A DNA stretch of 64,000 nucleotides from Epithemia pelagica (Eukaryota > Protista > Bacillariophyta). The translations under genes and the position numbers were made by a program. Positions 28,139 to 40,092 of the stretch are shown here, in pieces (the first letter of the stretch is position 1; each line of letters opens with the position of its first letter). The notes beneath the pieces were generated by a model that saw nothing but the letters and a program-made list of their open reading frames with translations, was not told the origin of the DNA and searched no databases. The stretch covers positions 3,472,001-3,536,000 of the forward strand of contig OX337229.1 of NCBI GenBank assembly GCA_946965045.2. Reading direction: 5' to 3'.

Positions 28139-28409
28139 AATTCCTGTAAGGCAGGACTTTTCTTGTTAAAGTCGTTTTGAACCTCAAACCAGTGTCAAAC
28201 GCCTCTCACTCTCATGGTTTCCATTGATGAGCGAAAAGATCTGATGTGGAATTCTTGAGTCAGTCGCTGATATGAATGAACGTTTTTTGAGAAACACAAA
28301 ATGAAAAAAAAAGGATGTGTGGGGCAAAATCAGAAAATGTGGATAAAATGCCAGTATCCGTACAAAGACCGGCACGAATAGATTTGTGCAACCCCAAGTT
28401 TGATCGACA

Positions 28410-30635
28410 ATGATGAGCTTTGCGAAACAACGCCTTTATCTCCTTCAAATTCTTTCTTTACTTTGTCTCCATCGTGGCACAAATGCGTACTACTTACCTG
28501 GAGCAAATCCAACATCATTCAGAGAGGATGATCTGTAAGTCACTGAAAGAGAGTAAACAAAAACGACAGAATCCTTCCTTACATCTAGCATGTACTAAAA
28601 CGTTGACAGAGTGAAACTGAAAGTGAACAAGCTGACTTCGACTAAGTCATTGCTTCCGAAAGAGTATTACCACCTGCCTTTTTGCAAGCCTGAAGGAGGA
28701 AAAGCCCAGGAGGATCATGAAAACTTTGGCGAATTGCTTCAGGGCGATCGGATTGAGTCTTCTCCCTATCGATTGAATTTCAAAAAGGACTTGTATTGCG
28801 AACAACTTTGTTTAAGCAACTTGGGACGAGGTGAGCGCAAAGGGTCTGTGCCTAACAAGATGGTATCTGCTATCCATGAAAACTATCAGTCCAACTGGAT
28901 TGTTGATAGACTGGGTTCCGCTAGTGTAACGGCGGCCTCAGGACAAGAAGAACTGGAATTTTCTCATGGATTTCCGATTGGCTTCGTCAGCAACGTTGAC
29001 AAGAAAGCTTACGTCAATAACCATGTAAGTATCAGGCGACGAAGCTCATCTAATACATTCAAGCCTCATTTTATGCATGGCTTACTACTGAACAGGTCAA
29101 CATCAGAATTGAGTACCACCGTGTGGACGGGAAGGAAGACGAATACAACATTGTCTTCTTTTCCGTAGAGCCTCTTAGTGTCAAGCACAACTTTGAGCCG
29201 ATCGACAAAGAAAAAGCAACTGCCGGCAATGTCGCCACCTTCATCAACCCAATCGAATCTTGTAACCGTGGTTCATCCGAGAAAACACATACTGATTATT
29301 CCATGGTAGAAACACGGGATCCTCAAGAAGCAGCGGGTAAAGTGCTATTCACATATGTATGTCATCCTATTCCCTCTTTGTATTTGTATTCAGCTCTGTT
29401 GGGAATTGAATCTCAACTGCTTCATTCTTTGACTTCAGGATGTCATATGGGAGGAAAACGAAAACCTCATCTGGGCCCACCGTTGGGACCTCTACCTCAA
29501 AATGGACCGAACGGCAGAGGGAGATAACCGATGGCTATCAATTGGACGAAAAATGATTATTGTCTTTGTGCTTTCGGCGATGGTTGCAGCGATATTGACA
29601 AGAAACCTTCGGCGGGACATTAGCAAATACAACAGGGTTCCAGTGACCGATGAAGAACGAGCCGAAGCCTTGGAAGAATATGGCTGGAAACTCGTTCATG
29701 GTGATGTTTTTAGACCGCCTGTAACCGCGCCGATGATGTTGGCTGTATTTGCTGGAACAGGGGCCCAGCTGCTTGCCATGTTGTTCCCGACTATTTTCTT
29801 TGCCGGTCTTGGATTTATGAGTCCCTCTCGTCGCGGTCATCTCCTGATGGCACAGCTCCTTTTGTTCGTAATCGCCGGTGGAGTTTCAGGCTACGTGTCT
29901 GCACGATTCTACAAGACATTCAAGGGCAAGAGTTGGTATATGAACACTGTCATGACGGCATTGCTCTTCCCGGGTTTGGTGTTTGCAATTTTTTTCGTGA
30001 TTGATATCGTTGCTGTTTCGGAAGAGTCATCGGACGCAGTGCCGTTCGGAACAATTGCTTTTCTCTTATTCCTTTGGCTCTGCTTGGCAACGCCGCTGGT
30101 TTTCTTCGGGGCGTACGTCGGGTATACGCGGGATGCCTTCGAGTTTCCTGTTGGAACCAGCGGAATCCCGCGACAGATCCCAGATCAGCCATTTTTTATG
30201 TGGCTACCATGCACTGTGGTTATCTGTGGAATTGTTCCCTACGGCTCCTGTATCATGGAACTCCATCAAATCATGGATTCAATGTGGGAGGAAAAATACT
30301 ACTATGTGTTCGGGTTTCTGTTTGTTGTTTTCTGTATTTTGCTTATCACATCTGCTGAAATCACTGTCCTGTTCTGTTACTTTCAGCTCTGTAGTGAGGA
30401 TCACCACTGGTGGTGGCGGTCCTTTGCAAATGGAGGGGGCTCGGCGCTTTGGCTCATTCTCTATGGTGTTCATTACTTCCGATCACTACATACGAACAGC
30501 TTTGCTGCTTACGTCCTTTACTTCGGATACATGGCGGTTGGGTGTATTGGACTTTTCTTAACCACGGGTTTCGTCGGATTGTATACGTCCTTGTGGTTCA
30601 ACAAAACGATTTTTGGATCCATCAAGATTGACTAA
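28410..30635 (+). CDS. Transmembrane 9 superfamily (nonaspanin/EMP70) protein, 4 exons
   Basis: Signal peptide plus YYLPGANPTSF from the ATG at 28410. Motifs LKVNKLTS, EYYHLPFCKP, ENFGELLQGDRIESSPY, GWKLVHGDVFRPP and EDHHWWWRSF, with a C-terminal KID. Confidence 0.93.
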
Positions 30636-31670
30636 GTGCTTCAACAATGGAAACATACACTGGATTTAACTGTTGGCCGAGAAACGTGAAGAATTGTATC
30701 ACGCGGATAACTTTGAACTTCTGAACAGAAATAATAAATAATGACTTCATGATCGTCCATAACAGTTTCGCATTACATACATTTTGTCAAGTACTCTTGT
30801 TGACTACCTCTCTAGGAGATGCAATGTGAGGAAACGAACGAACCTAGGGGTGAGAGTGAGGATGGATAGCAAAGTCGTCAAGATGATATGAATCCTATTA
30901 TGAATATATGAACAAAAACCCTCGGTATCAGTGTCCACTGCTTAGCTGTTTTTTGTCTGTGCCACCTTCACAGGTTCCCAGGTGGACACAGACAGCATTT
31001 TTCGTTTTTCGTCTGTCTGTCTGTCCATTAAAATTCCTCAGGGTTGAAGCAAGGCCAGCGTGCAAATGACAGTTGACGGTTGTCCTCGCCGGGTCACCAC
31101 GATTCAAATTTGGGCATCCATCATCATCTCGACACCTGTCACAAAAACCCAAAACCGAGCCAAATGCTTGACCATGACGTGGGTGAGTACTTATCTTGTT
31201 GTCTCTTTTCCCTTTTTCTCACGCATCACTGCTGCAGCTGTCTTTCCTATTGTTCTTGCATGATCCTTTACTTTTGTCTCATTTCGTACGAGTAGATGAC
31301 AAGCCGCCAGATGTCAACTGGAATATCTTTTCCTTGCCGTAATTGTTTGTTGTTTGATTGTTTTTTGGCTACTGTCATATGCTCTATAGGATAGATTATT
31401 CTCTCTCGTCTCTCATCATAGCGTCATTCTCAATCATTTCTCAACGATGTTGTTTTTGCATCAAATAGATGGGAAGCCATCTTGCCACACCCTACTGACC
31501 AATTATCATATCCTACCTAGGTAGGTAGTCGACACAGAGTGCTCAAAGTGAGCGGTACAAGCTTGTGAGAGCTGTTCTGTTGTGTTTTCATAGCGAAACT
31601 GAGGGTCATCGTCGTGCTCACAACAAAGAACAAAGCTGCAACGAATTCACAAGGCTCAAAAGTCTCATGG

Positions 31671-31837
31671 TGAAAGGAGGGTTTGGTTTGTAAAATTATG
31701 ACTAGTAATCGGTTTAAACTCGGTAGGTCCTAATACGTAAGTGGAAATAGGTGAGGGTACGTCATTCGATTGCGACGCTGGCCTTGAACCTATGGATCGT
31801 CCCTTTGGAGTCTCCATTAGGTCGCACTGTCCTTTCA
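31671..31837 (-). repeat. 3' LTR
   Basis: TG...CA ends, identical by eye to 38600-38766, and preceded on the minus strand by the purine tract GAGAGGGAG. Confidence 0.95.
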
Positions 31838-31916
31838 CTCCCTCTCAGAGGAGCAATCGGATGAGAGATAACATGTAATGAGATGGATTGTGGGATGAAA
31901 TGAAATGGTGAAGGCC

Positions 31917-34900
31917 TTACCAACCACAAAGGAGCTTCCGGATGTGCTCGAAAGTGGTTTGGGTCAATCCTTTGGTTAAAATATCCGCGCGTTGTTCCGT
32001 CGTTGCCACTTTGACAACGGTTAGGCGCTCGTTTAGATGGGATCGGAACCAATGGGTTTTCACGGCATAATATTTTGATCTGGGCGTGATTCGACCTGGT
32101 TCCATATTTGCAAGGGTTAACGCTCCAGCGTTGTCTTCCCATACGGTAGTCTTGAATGTTGTGGTGTAGTCGTCACTTAATCCCACTCCTTTTGCGACAT
32201 GGGTCAGGAGTTCTCGTAGGGGAAGGACCGACTTCAAAGCTTCGCTTAGCGCGTTGTATTCGGCTTCCATTGTACTCAGGGCAATGGATGTTTGGAGTTT
32301 GCTCGTCCATATGACTGGGCAATTTGCAATGCATATAGCGTAGCCTGTACGGCTCTTGACACTGGTAGGGTCATTCTTTTCTTCGTACGGCCATAATCCG
32401 GCAAAGTCTGCATCGACGTAGCAGTCGACGTCGAGTTCTTGGCTCGGCTTCAAGATCAATCCTTGGTCTTGGGTGTGTTTCAGATACTGTCCAATCTTCT
32501 CGACTGCTCGTTCGTGTGAACGCTTCGGGTTGTGGACGAACCGGGCACATTGGCTCACGGCATACGTTAAATCAGGGCGACTGTGCGCATGAAGGTAATG
32601 GAGCATCCCGATCACGCTAGCGTAATTGTAGCGGCCTTGTGGGGGATCTCCTTCTTTGTCTTCTACAAGGGGCTTTGATAATGCAGGTGTACAGCTGCGT
32701 TCCAAGTCACCAACTTGTAGGGCTTCCAATATACGTTTGATCAGACCTTGTTGGGTCAGTTTGATAGTTCCTTGGGTATTGTCTCGTTCAATGTGAACGC
32801 CCAAGAATCCTGCTACGCTGTCTTCAACGTCGAGTTCAGCGTGTTCTTCTTTCTTTAATCGTTCGAGCACCTCGTCGATATATTCCCGCTTTGGACTGTA
32901 AAAGAGTGTGTCGTCCACGTACACTACCGCAATGACCTTGTCCGAAATAAATAGGCAGGGATCAACGGATTCTTGAGACACAAAGCCCACTCTTTCTAAC
33001 TGACCCTTGAAGTGTTGGAAGAAGTTCCGTGGGGCCTGTTTGAGTCCGTACAGAGAACGATTCAATTTGAGTACTCGTCCATCTTGGCCGAATCCTCTTG
33101 GCATCTCGACGTAGACACCGCTCTTCTGTCGCTCTTCTCGAGTCATCGAGTCCCACTTGGGATCACGATCAATTGGGGCGTGAAGGAACGCCGCGGTATA
33201 GTCTACCTGCACCGTTGCAAGGTTCAATATAATGGACAGGATAAGCATTAGGCGTACCGTTGTCCAATTGACCACAGGGGCAAAAGTATCAAAGAAATCA
33301 ATCCCTTCGACTTGATAGTCACCTCGTGCACAAAACCGTGCTTTGAGTTTCTTCACTGAGCCGTCGGGGTATCGCTTCCGTTTGAACGCCCATGTAGATG
33401 GGATCACGTTCATCCATGGTTGCCGTTCCACCACTGTCCAGGCCTTCATTAGTCGGTAAAGGGTGTCGATTTCCTTTTTACAAGCTTCCATGAAGCCTGC
33501 GGCATCTGGTCCGCTCATGGCTTCATTCCAACGAGGGTTATCCGCTGCGTCCGCTTTTGTTACTAGCATCATAGGGTGCATAGCTTCCACCGTGTTCGTC
33601 AGGTAGTCCGTGTTGAGTGCCAGTAGACGGTTCATTAAGGTTGAGGTTGATGATCGTAACTCATTCACGGTTGAGGTCCAATCGAGTCCTGCCAGGAATG
33701 CATCGTTGGCCGAGTCACGTTTCACCTTTTGCTTGGAATAGGAGTCGCGGTTGAAGCATGCGAGTGATGCCCACCGTGATTGCGAGAAGCTGGCATACTT
33801 GGGATTTGGCTTGCGCTGTCGCTTCCCACGACCAAAAGTCATCTCGTCTGGCGGTTGTAGGTGCTGTGATCGCCGTTCTCTTTCTTGCTCTCTTCTCACA
33901 GATTCTTCCTCATCCGCATCGAAGATCACAACTTCGTCGGCTGAGTCCATCGTCGTGTTGTTGTCGCCGTTGCCGTCCCATACTCCATCCATTTGCCAAT
34001 GGGGCAGTTCGTTGTTGTCGTTTGGATCGTCTTGTTCGTTCGCATCGTTGTGTTCGTTGTGCTCTGGCGCGTTGGGGTCCATTTGGTCCAAGGGAAAGTG
34101 AGGGGGAAAAAGAGCATCAGCAGGAACATCCACATCCACGTCCACACCGTCTCCCTCTGGAACCAAAGGTGCCGGAGCTCCCTCTGGAGGCAAGGGCGGT
34201 GCGGGAGGCAAAGCAGGAGGCAAGGGTAAAGCATTTACCCTTTCGGCGTCGTTCCGTTGGCGCTGGAGGGCATCCAGCTCATCGTCCGTCATCCAATCAT
34301 GATGTAGGGGCGGAGGAACGGGTTCATCGGCATAGTCGCCATCATCCAGCCGCTCTAGGCCACTGGCAACGAGTTGGTCCCAAAAGGACCCATGGAACAC
34401 ATCGGGTTGGAGGGCTCCTCCAGTCTCGGCATTAGGCACGCTAGTGAACAAGTCGTCGTAGACGACGTGATATTGGGGACTCACGTATCCCGTAGCAATG
34501 TTGAGAATCAGGCCCACGGTGCTTGAATGGGAGGGTGAGACGCCCAAGTACTGACCACGACGAGCACGAGGGGCCCATTTAGGCAATTTCTTGCCATCTT
34601 GAAGGGCAGGGTCTAGGACATAGACCGGACAACCCCAAACGTGACTGCGGTGCAAGTGATGTAAGGTAGGGAACGTCGTTCCAGTAAAAACTTCCAATGG
34701 GGCAATGTGTGTTAATCGCTTTGGGAGATGATTCCAAAGCCACACTGCATGTTGTAGGGCAAACGGCCAAAGGCTTAAATCGTGGGCATGTTCCGGCCAA
34801 TGTAGCACGGCATGCAGCATCATCGTACGGGCCCAGGACGTTACGGTGCGAATACTGCGCTCGGCAACACCATTCTGGTGATGTGCCCCAACTCCGGAGA

Positions 34901-36821
34901 ACGACATAGTCTGACCGGCCTCTTTAATCGCAGCAACAAAGTCCTTGTTCCCAAACGGCTTGTTATCGGCTAGATATGATTTGATTGTTATGCCCTGTTC
35001 TTGGGCGAACTGTTCGAACTGCAGTTTGGCTTGGAGAGTCTCACCGGTATTGAGAGACACCTGGTGGACACAGTAGATAAGCCCTGAGGCATGATCTACG
35101 AAAAGAGTACCGCCCGTGAATTGATCCTTTTTCGGTTCTCTGCCACGGGTGTTCGGTAGACGACCAGTCAAAGGAGATTGATACTGGTCAATGCTGACAC
35201 AGTCACCGGGTTTGACGTTGTCTGACTTCGTGACCATGTGACGATTCTCTTTGGTTCCCGTGTGCTGTGTGTTAGCACCACGGCGACGTTGTTTCCCGAG
35301 TCGACATGCAGTACAATGCAAGTTGTCAATTGGACACGACGACGTTTGGTTTTCACGCGTATGCAGGACGCGACGTCGTTCCGTCCGCGGATTCCGACAC
35401 AACTCTTGGATCCATGTAAAATTAGCATGGCCCAATTTCCAGTGCCATTTAAGCAGCTCACGTTGTGCTGCGGTAATGTTCTGATTGGCTTCATCTGCCA
35501 CGGACAGAAACGCCTTCGACTCGTCCAACTCCATCACGTCCTCGAAAGACAACCCCATTTGAACCTGGTGGCTTGTGAGCATCAATGGCAGGTTGCTCTG
35601 CCCATTGAACGGAAACTCGAGGTCACTTCCATCATGGAGGATCAATTTACAGCGGTTGTGGTTAACCAACAATTCACCGGACGATCGTTCTTGAAAATAC
35701 GATTGTGGACTAAAGAGGCGAATTTATGCGGCTGGCACATAATAGGCCTTGGTACGGATGGTGCGGGTGACACCAAACACGTCTCGTATCGTCCATCTGG
35801 CCATGCCGACACCAACAACGGTGGTTGAACTCGACAACCCATTCAATTCCGTTGTGTCGCAAGGCTTGATCGGTCCGTCAAAGTCTTCCAGTTTCGGGGT
35901 CAAGGACGAGGAGGCACCTGTATCGATCACGACGGGCAAATCTGCCTCCTTGGATGAGTTGAGATACACTGACATTCGATGGTGTAGTGTCTCTTGATGA
36001 TATTCGTCGTCTCCCGATAACTTGGCAGCGGCAATCATAGCATTTTGCATCTTGACGGCCATAACCTTCTTCTTCTGTTGGAATAGACTAGGTCCGAGTT
36101 GCCGCAACGCGAAGTATTGCGCTAGCGGATCAGGAGGTTTTCGCTTCGATGGACATGCGATTGCTTCCACTAGCTCATCCATCGTGCCAAAGTAGGAAGA
36201 AAGTCGTCCCTTCGGTAGCTTCCATCGGTCAGGACCGATTAGCGATTCTTGTTGGCTTGGGATCGTCCATGATCCCGGGAGATAAACGCCATGGTCGCTG
36301 GTATCGTATTCAGCGTCGTTTGTTTGCTTTTCGCGGCGAGAAGATCCCTTGGGCCTTGTTGATCGTTGAGGCTTAAGTCGACGTCGGCGTTGAGGCAGAC
36401 GGGTTAAGGTATAGGGCGTCCGTCCACGATCGACGGTACCAGCCCATGTAACGGTCGTGTTGGTCACGGTGTGAAACATCATGAGGGCAGTAGTAAACCG
36501 ACGCCGGGCGATGTGCGTCTTGGTCTTGTAGCGACAGCGGACTTGCACGGGCAAATTAGGGAAGGCAAAAAGGTGACGCCAACCCAGTCCTCCCTCTCGC
36601 GAGCAGGACGCAACGGACAAGAACAAGATCAAGATCAAAAGGGGGACGAAGTAAAAAGAAAGATTTATCCAGGCACACAGGGTGCGGAAGGAACACAAAA
36701 AAACCACTAAGGCAGGCAACAACCAACCAAAGGGCAAGGGAGCCCAGGTATCCCTCCTGGGATCGGTAGATTGGAAGAAAGGGTGGCCTGTACCGACAAA
36801 GAGAAGTCGGCGGCCACACCA
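31917..36821 (-). CDS. pol: Copia pol (protease, integrase, RT, RNase H), interrupted by one in-frame TAA at 35726-35724
   Basis: PR IDTGASS. GAG-pre-integrase WHWKLGH...CTACRLGK. IN SIDQY/ADNKPF/GVAER. RT YGLKQAPR and YVDDTL. RH DADFAG, EAEY, WEDNAG and ADILTK. Confidence 0.9.
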
Positions 36822-38393
36822 TCATTCGAGGTCCTGGAACTGGGTCAGTAGAGTCTGGACCGTTCGTTCCATGGCACGACGAGTGCTGGCCCGATTGCCA
36901 CCGGACTCATCAATTTGCACACGTCGATTGGATGTAGCTGTGGCTAGATTGGCCGCCGGGGTTGTGCCGGACGACGATGCTGTGGGCGTAGTGGTGGTGG
37001 ACAGTGCCACCCAACGACGAGTGTCAGCATTCCACGACATCATTTTGCCATCAATTTCGCGGCGGTTGTTCTCGTCCGCGGTTGGTGCTCGCCATTTGTG
37101 GCGACGGGAGGTGGAAGACGAGGAGTCGGCATTGTTGGCACTGCGGGAATTCTTTCGAGCCTCGTTGAACTTCTTGCGATTGGCCTCAATCAGCGCGTCG
37201 TTCCTGGGCTTGGTACAGTCCTTCAACGTGTGAGGACCACCACAGTTCCAACAAACGGGGCCCTTGCGGCCAGAACCACCTTTAGATCCATCAGTAGATG
37301 TAGCAGGGAAGGACGAAGGACTTCCTCTTGTCTTGGCTCCGGTCCAATCATTAGAACGGCATAGGGATAGATATTCCTTCTCAGCTAGATCGAGTAGGGA
37401 CACGATAGAGGGGATAGCAAACTGCGACTGAACAGCGGGACCGGACCGAGCTAGGGCGTCAGCGATTCTAGCCTGACTCTCTATTAGCTCAAATACCTTG
37501 TTGAACTTCTCAACGGAACTGGTCTGGAGCACCTTCAACACTGTCTTGGCAAAATCCTCGGGAACCATCTCGATAGCTTCAAGACGCTCATGAGCTCCGA
37601 GAATTAGACTCACAATCTTTGAGACATTTTCTCCACGGACCTTGGAAATTTTAAGATTTTCAACAGTATCGACTAAAGTTTTGGTCGCTTGCTCGGTATG
37701 AGTTACTAGAAGCTTCATCATAATGATGAATAGCAAGGGGCCACCTTGTTCTTCCGTCTTGAAACGCTTGTAGCGCTCATAGACCTTAGTCCAGAGCGGA
37801 TTCTTCATACTAACCTCAAGCTGTTTAGCTGTCAGCATTAGATTTTCCCGATACCAACTCTTCTTGGGCCAGGTTGAATACCAGCGGTTGCTCACCGCTA
37901 CCTGTTCTTCGGTCATGTCGGAATAGTACGAATACAAATCCCTGGGTTGCTTCTTCACGTCTGTGGACAAGGTTGGGCCGGTTCCTTCCGGAGTAACGAT
38001 CACAAAGACGTCATGCATGTCGTACATTACATGCTGACTGCGGATCTTTGACACCATGAGGTTCAAGTTATAGCACTCTTCAAGCTGCTTTACATCGGTG
38101 ATGTTCGCCGACAGTAGGTCAAACTTGGTAATAATTGACGTGGCAGCCTTCGCAAAGAGTTCTTGGCGCTTCTCGGGTGCCATTCCTTCACGGTCTTCTT
38201 TCTTGAAGAGGGCGGTTTCGACATCTTGTGCTGGCGTCGCCTGATCGTTCACCTCGATCGTCTCTCCGTTAATTGTGATGGTAGCGTCCGTCGTCGACAT
38301 TATACTACTTATACTTGAGTTCTCCGACCACCCTGGTATGGAATCCAAGTCTGAGTCAGTCAAAAGGCGAAGAAGGTCTTCTAAACGTTCCAT
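36822..38393 (-). CDS. gag: Copia gag
   Basis: 523 aa ORF with the zinc knuckle CWNCGGPHTLKDC (CX2CX3HX4C) and a QGGPLLF motif, located downstream of the 5' LTR and PBS. Confidence 0.85.
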   Translation of the reverse strand: MERLEDLLRLLTDSDLDSIPGWSENSSISSIMSTTDATITINGETIEVNDQATPAQDVETALFKKEDREGMAPEKRQELFAKAATSIITKFDLLSANITDVKQLEECYNLNLMVSKIRSQHVMYDMHDVFVIVTPEGTGPTLSTDVKKQPRDLYSYYSDMTEEQVAVSNRWYSTWPKKSWYRENLMLTAKQLEVSMKNPLWTKVYERYKRFKTEEQGGPLLFIIMMKLLVTHTEQATKTLVDTVENLKISKVRGENVSKIVSLILGAHERLEAIEMVPEDFAKTVLKVLQTSSVEKFNKVFELIESQARIADALARSGPAVQSQFAIPSIVSLLDLAEKEYLSLCRSNDWTGAKTRGSPSSFPATSTDGSKGGSGRKGPVCWNCGGPHTLKDCTKPRNDALIEANRKKFNEARKNSRSANNADSSSSTSRRHKWRAPTADENNRREIDGKMMSWNADTRRWVALSTTTTPTASSSGTTPAANLATATSNRRVQIDESGGNRASTRRAMERTVQTLLTQFQDLE

Positions 38394-38580
38394 TCACCGG
38401 AAAATCGCGGCTGCTCCTTCTATTTCGTGTCTTCGATGCTCTTCGTTCCAATACACGGGCTCTCGAAACTGGTTGGACTTCAACGGGCTCTTCCGACGGC
38501 TTCTTGTCAACGTCGTTGGACCGGTTCGTCCTTGCTTATTTTTACTTTCGCAACCAATTTGTGCGTAAAATCACGTGCGT

Positions 38581-38599
38581 GATACTTGGGCTCATAACC
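38581..38599 (-). other. Primer-binding site, half-tRNA-iMet type
   Basis: GGTTATGAGCCCAAG directly after the 5' LTR. It resembles the GGTTATGGGCCCAG PBS of Drosophila copia, which uses an internal tRNA-iMet fragment. Confidence 0.7.
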
Positions 38600-38766
38600 T
38601 GAAAGGAGGGTTTGGTTTGTAAAATTATGACTAGTAATCGGTTTAAACTCGGTAGGTCCTAATACGTAAGTGGAAATAGGTGAGGGTACGTCATTCGATT
38701 GCGACGCTGGCCTTGAACCTATGGATCGTCCCTTTGGAGTCTCCATTAGGTCGCACTGTCCTTTCA
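38600..38766 (-). repeat. 5' LTR
   Basis: Identical by eye to 31671-31837 and followed by the TSD CATGG. Confidence 0.95.
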
Positions 38767-40092
38767 CATGGATGACAAGCACTGGCGTTCTACTACTAGT
38801 AAATAAACAAAAGAATGTCTAGAGTATAGAGTTTTTTTAATGCAATCAAAGTTATGGCGCTCAGCAAAAACCAGTCATTTCTGTTCGACAAGAATGAACA
38901 ATAAGAGTAATGAGCTGCCCAGCGACTAAACAGATGAGTAGCGTCTCCCACGAGCAGAGCAAACAAAAGTGGCAATTGGTAGTGAGCATGAGTGATGTCA
39001 TTGACAACATGGCAATTGGCAATGGATCAAGCTCACCTGGAAAGCCAGTAACATTCGTAAGCAGTAAGTACGATGTGCTTTGGCAAAAGAAAAGAGAATT
39101 GTGAGCTTGCCCCGAATTATGCAACAACCAACCGTCATCCACGCAGGGGACGCTTGTTGGGCTTGCGTCCGTTTCAAACGTCGAAAAATTCAGCTGGGCA
39201 TGCGTGCCAATTTGCAATTTGATAATTTCTATTTGCATCAAAAGCGAAAAATGCTGTCTGTGTCCACCTGGGAACCTGGGAAGGTGGCACAGACAAAAAA
39301 CAGCTAAGCAGTGGACACTGATACCGAGGGATATTCTATGAATTATGAAAAGCAACAAGGCGACCATCGGCCATGCGCATGCAACCCATCAAATATGGGA
39401 ATGAATGATAATTAGCAGTATATTGCCCCGTGAGCTTGAGGCTTGAGCCTTGAGCGATGTGAGATGTGAGATTATTATTATGGTCGATCCCCAATCCCCA
39501 ATCCCCTTCTACTCCTAGTCAAAGTCAAGGAGTCATGGACTACCTATCTAGCATCTAGCTAGCTACTCCCTCTAATGTCTAATATGTTGTCAATCCCTGA
39601 TCTGGCTACTACTGTTGGTTTGAGTTTGAGAGTAGAGAGGTCTATCCTTTTTGTCTCAAAAGTTGGTCCAAGAGCTAGAAAGTAGAGAGTTGTGCAACTC
39701 ATCAGCCATTTTCAGGGTCAGGAGCGGTAATAGCAATCAAACGTAACGTGGCCATTGGATGATACAACATGCTTGCGTGTTTTATGCACTACTGCTGTCT
39801 AGGACGGAGAGGACGGAAATGTTTGTCAAGCGCGAATCGATCCTATGTCCAATTATCATCGAACAGATTTCGAATTTCAACCCTTCAGCTGGGCAACAAC
39901 TAGGTAGGTCAAGCGCAGAAAGCAAAACGCAATGCTCACATCGTACATCGTACGTGCGTAGGCTTCGAGTGCGTCTTGCCATTGACCAAGAGATCCACCA
40001 TTGCTTCGAGGAGTAGGTGCTAGGTAGAGAGGAGCCAGGCGGTGATGTTCTATTACTCCTAGCTAGCGGTACGTTGTTTATGAGTACACCTA

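Larger units (their letters stand above)
31671..38766 (-). mobile_element. Full-length Ty1/copia (CoDi-like) LTR retrotransposon
   Basis: Two 167-bp LTRs (TGAAAGG...CCTTTCA), a 5-bp TSD CATGG, domain order gag-PR-IN-RT-RH, a PBS and a PPT. Confidence 0.97.

Noticed and set aside
31060-31300. Possible small spliced plus-strand gene (GTGAGT...CTGCAG) upstream of the copia insertion
   Set aside because: The joined ORF is short, has no recognisable similarity and has no clear start.
38861-39367. 168 aa hydrophobic minus-strand ORF
   Set aside because: No recognisable motif and an atypical composition. It cannot be supported without expression data.
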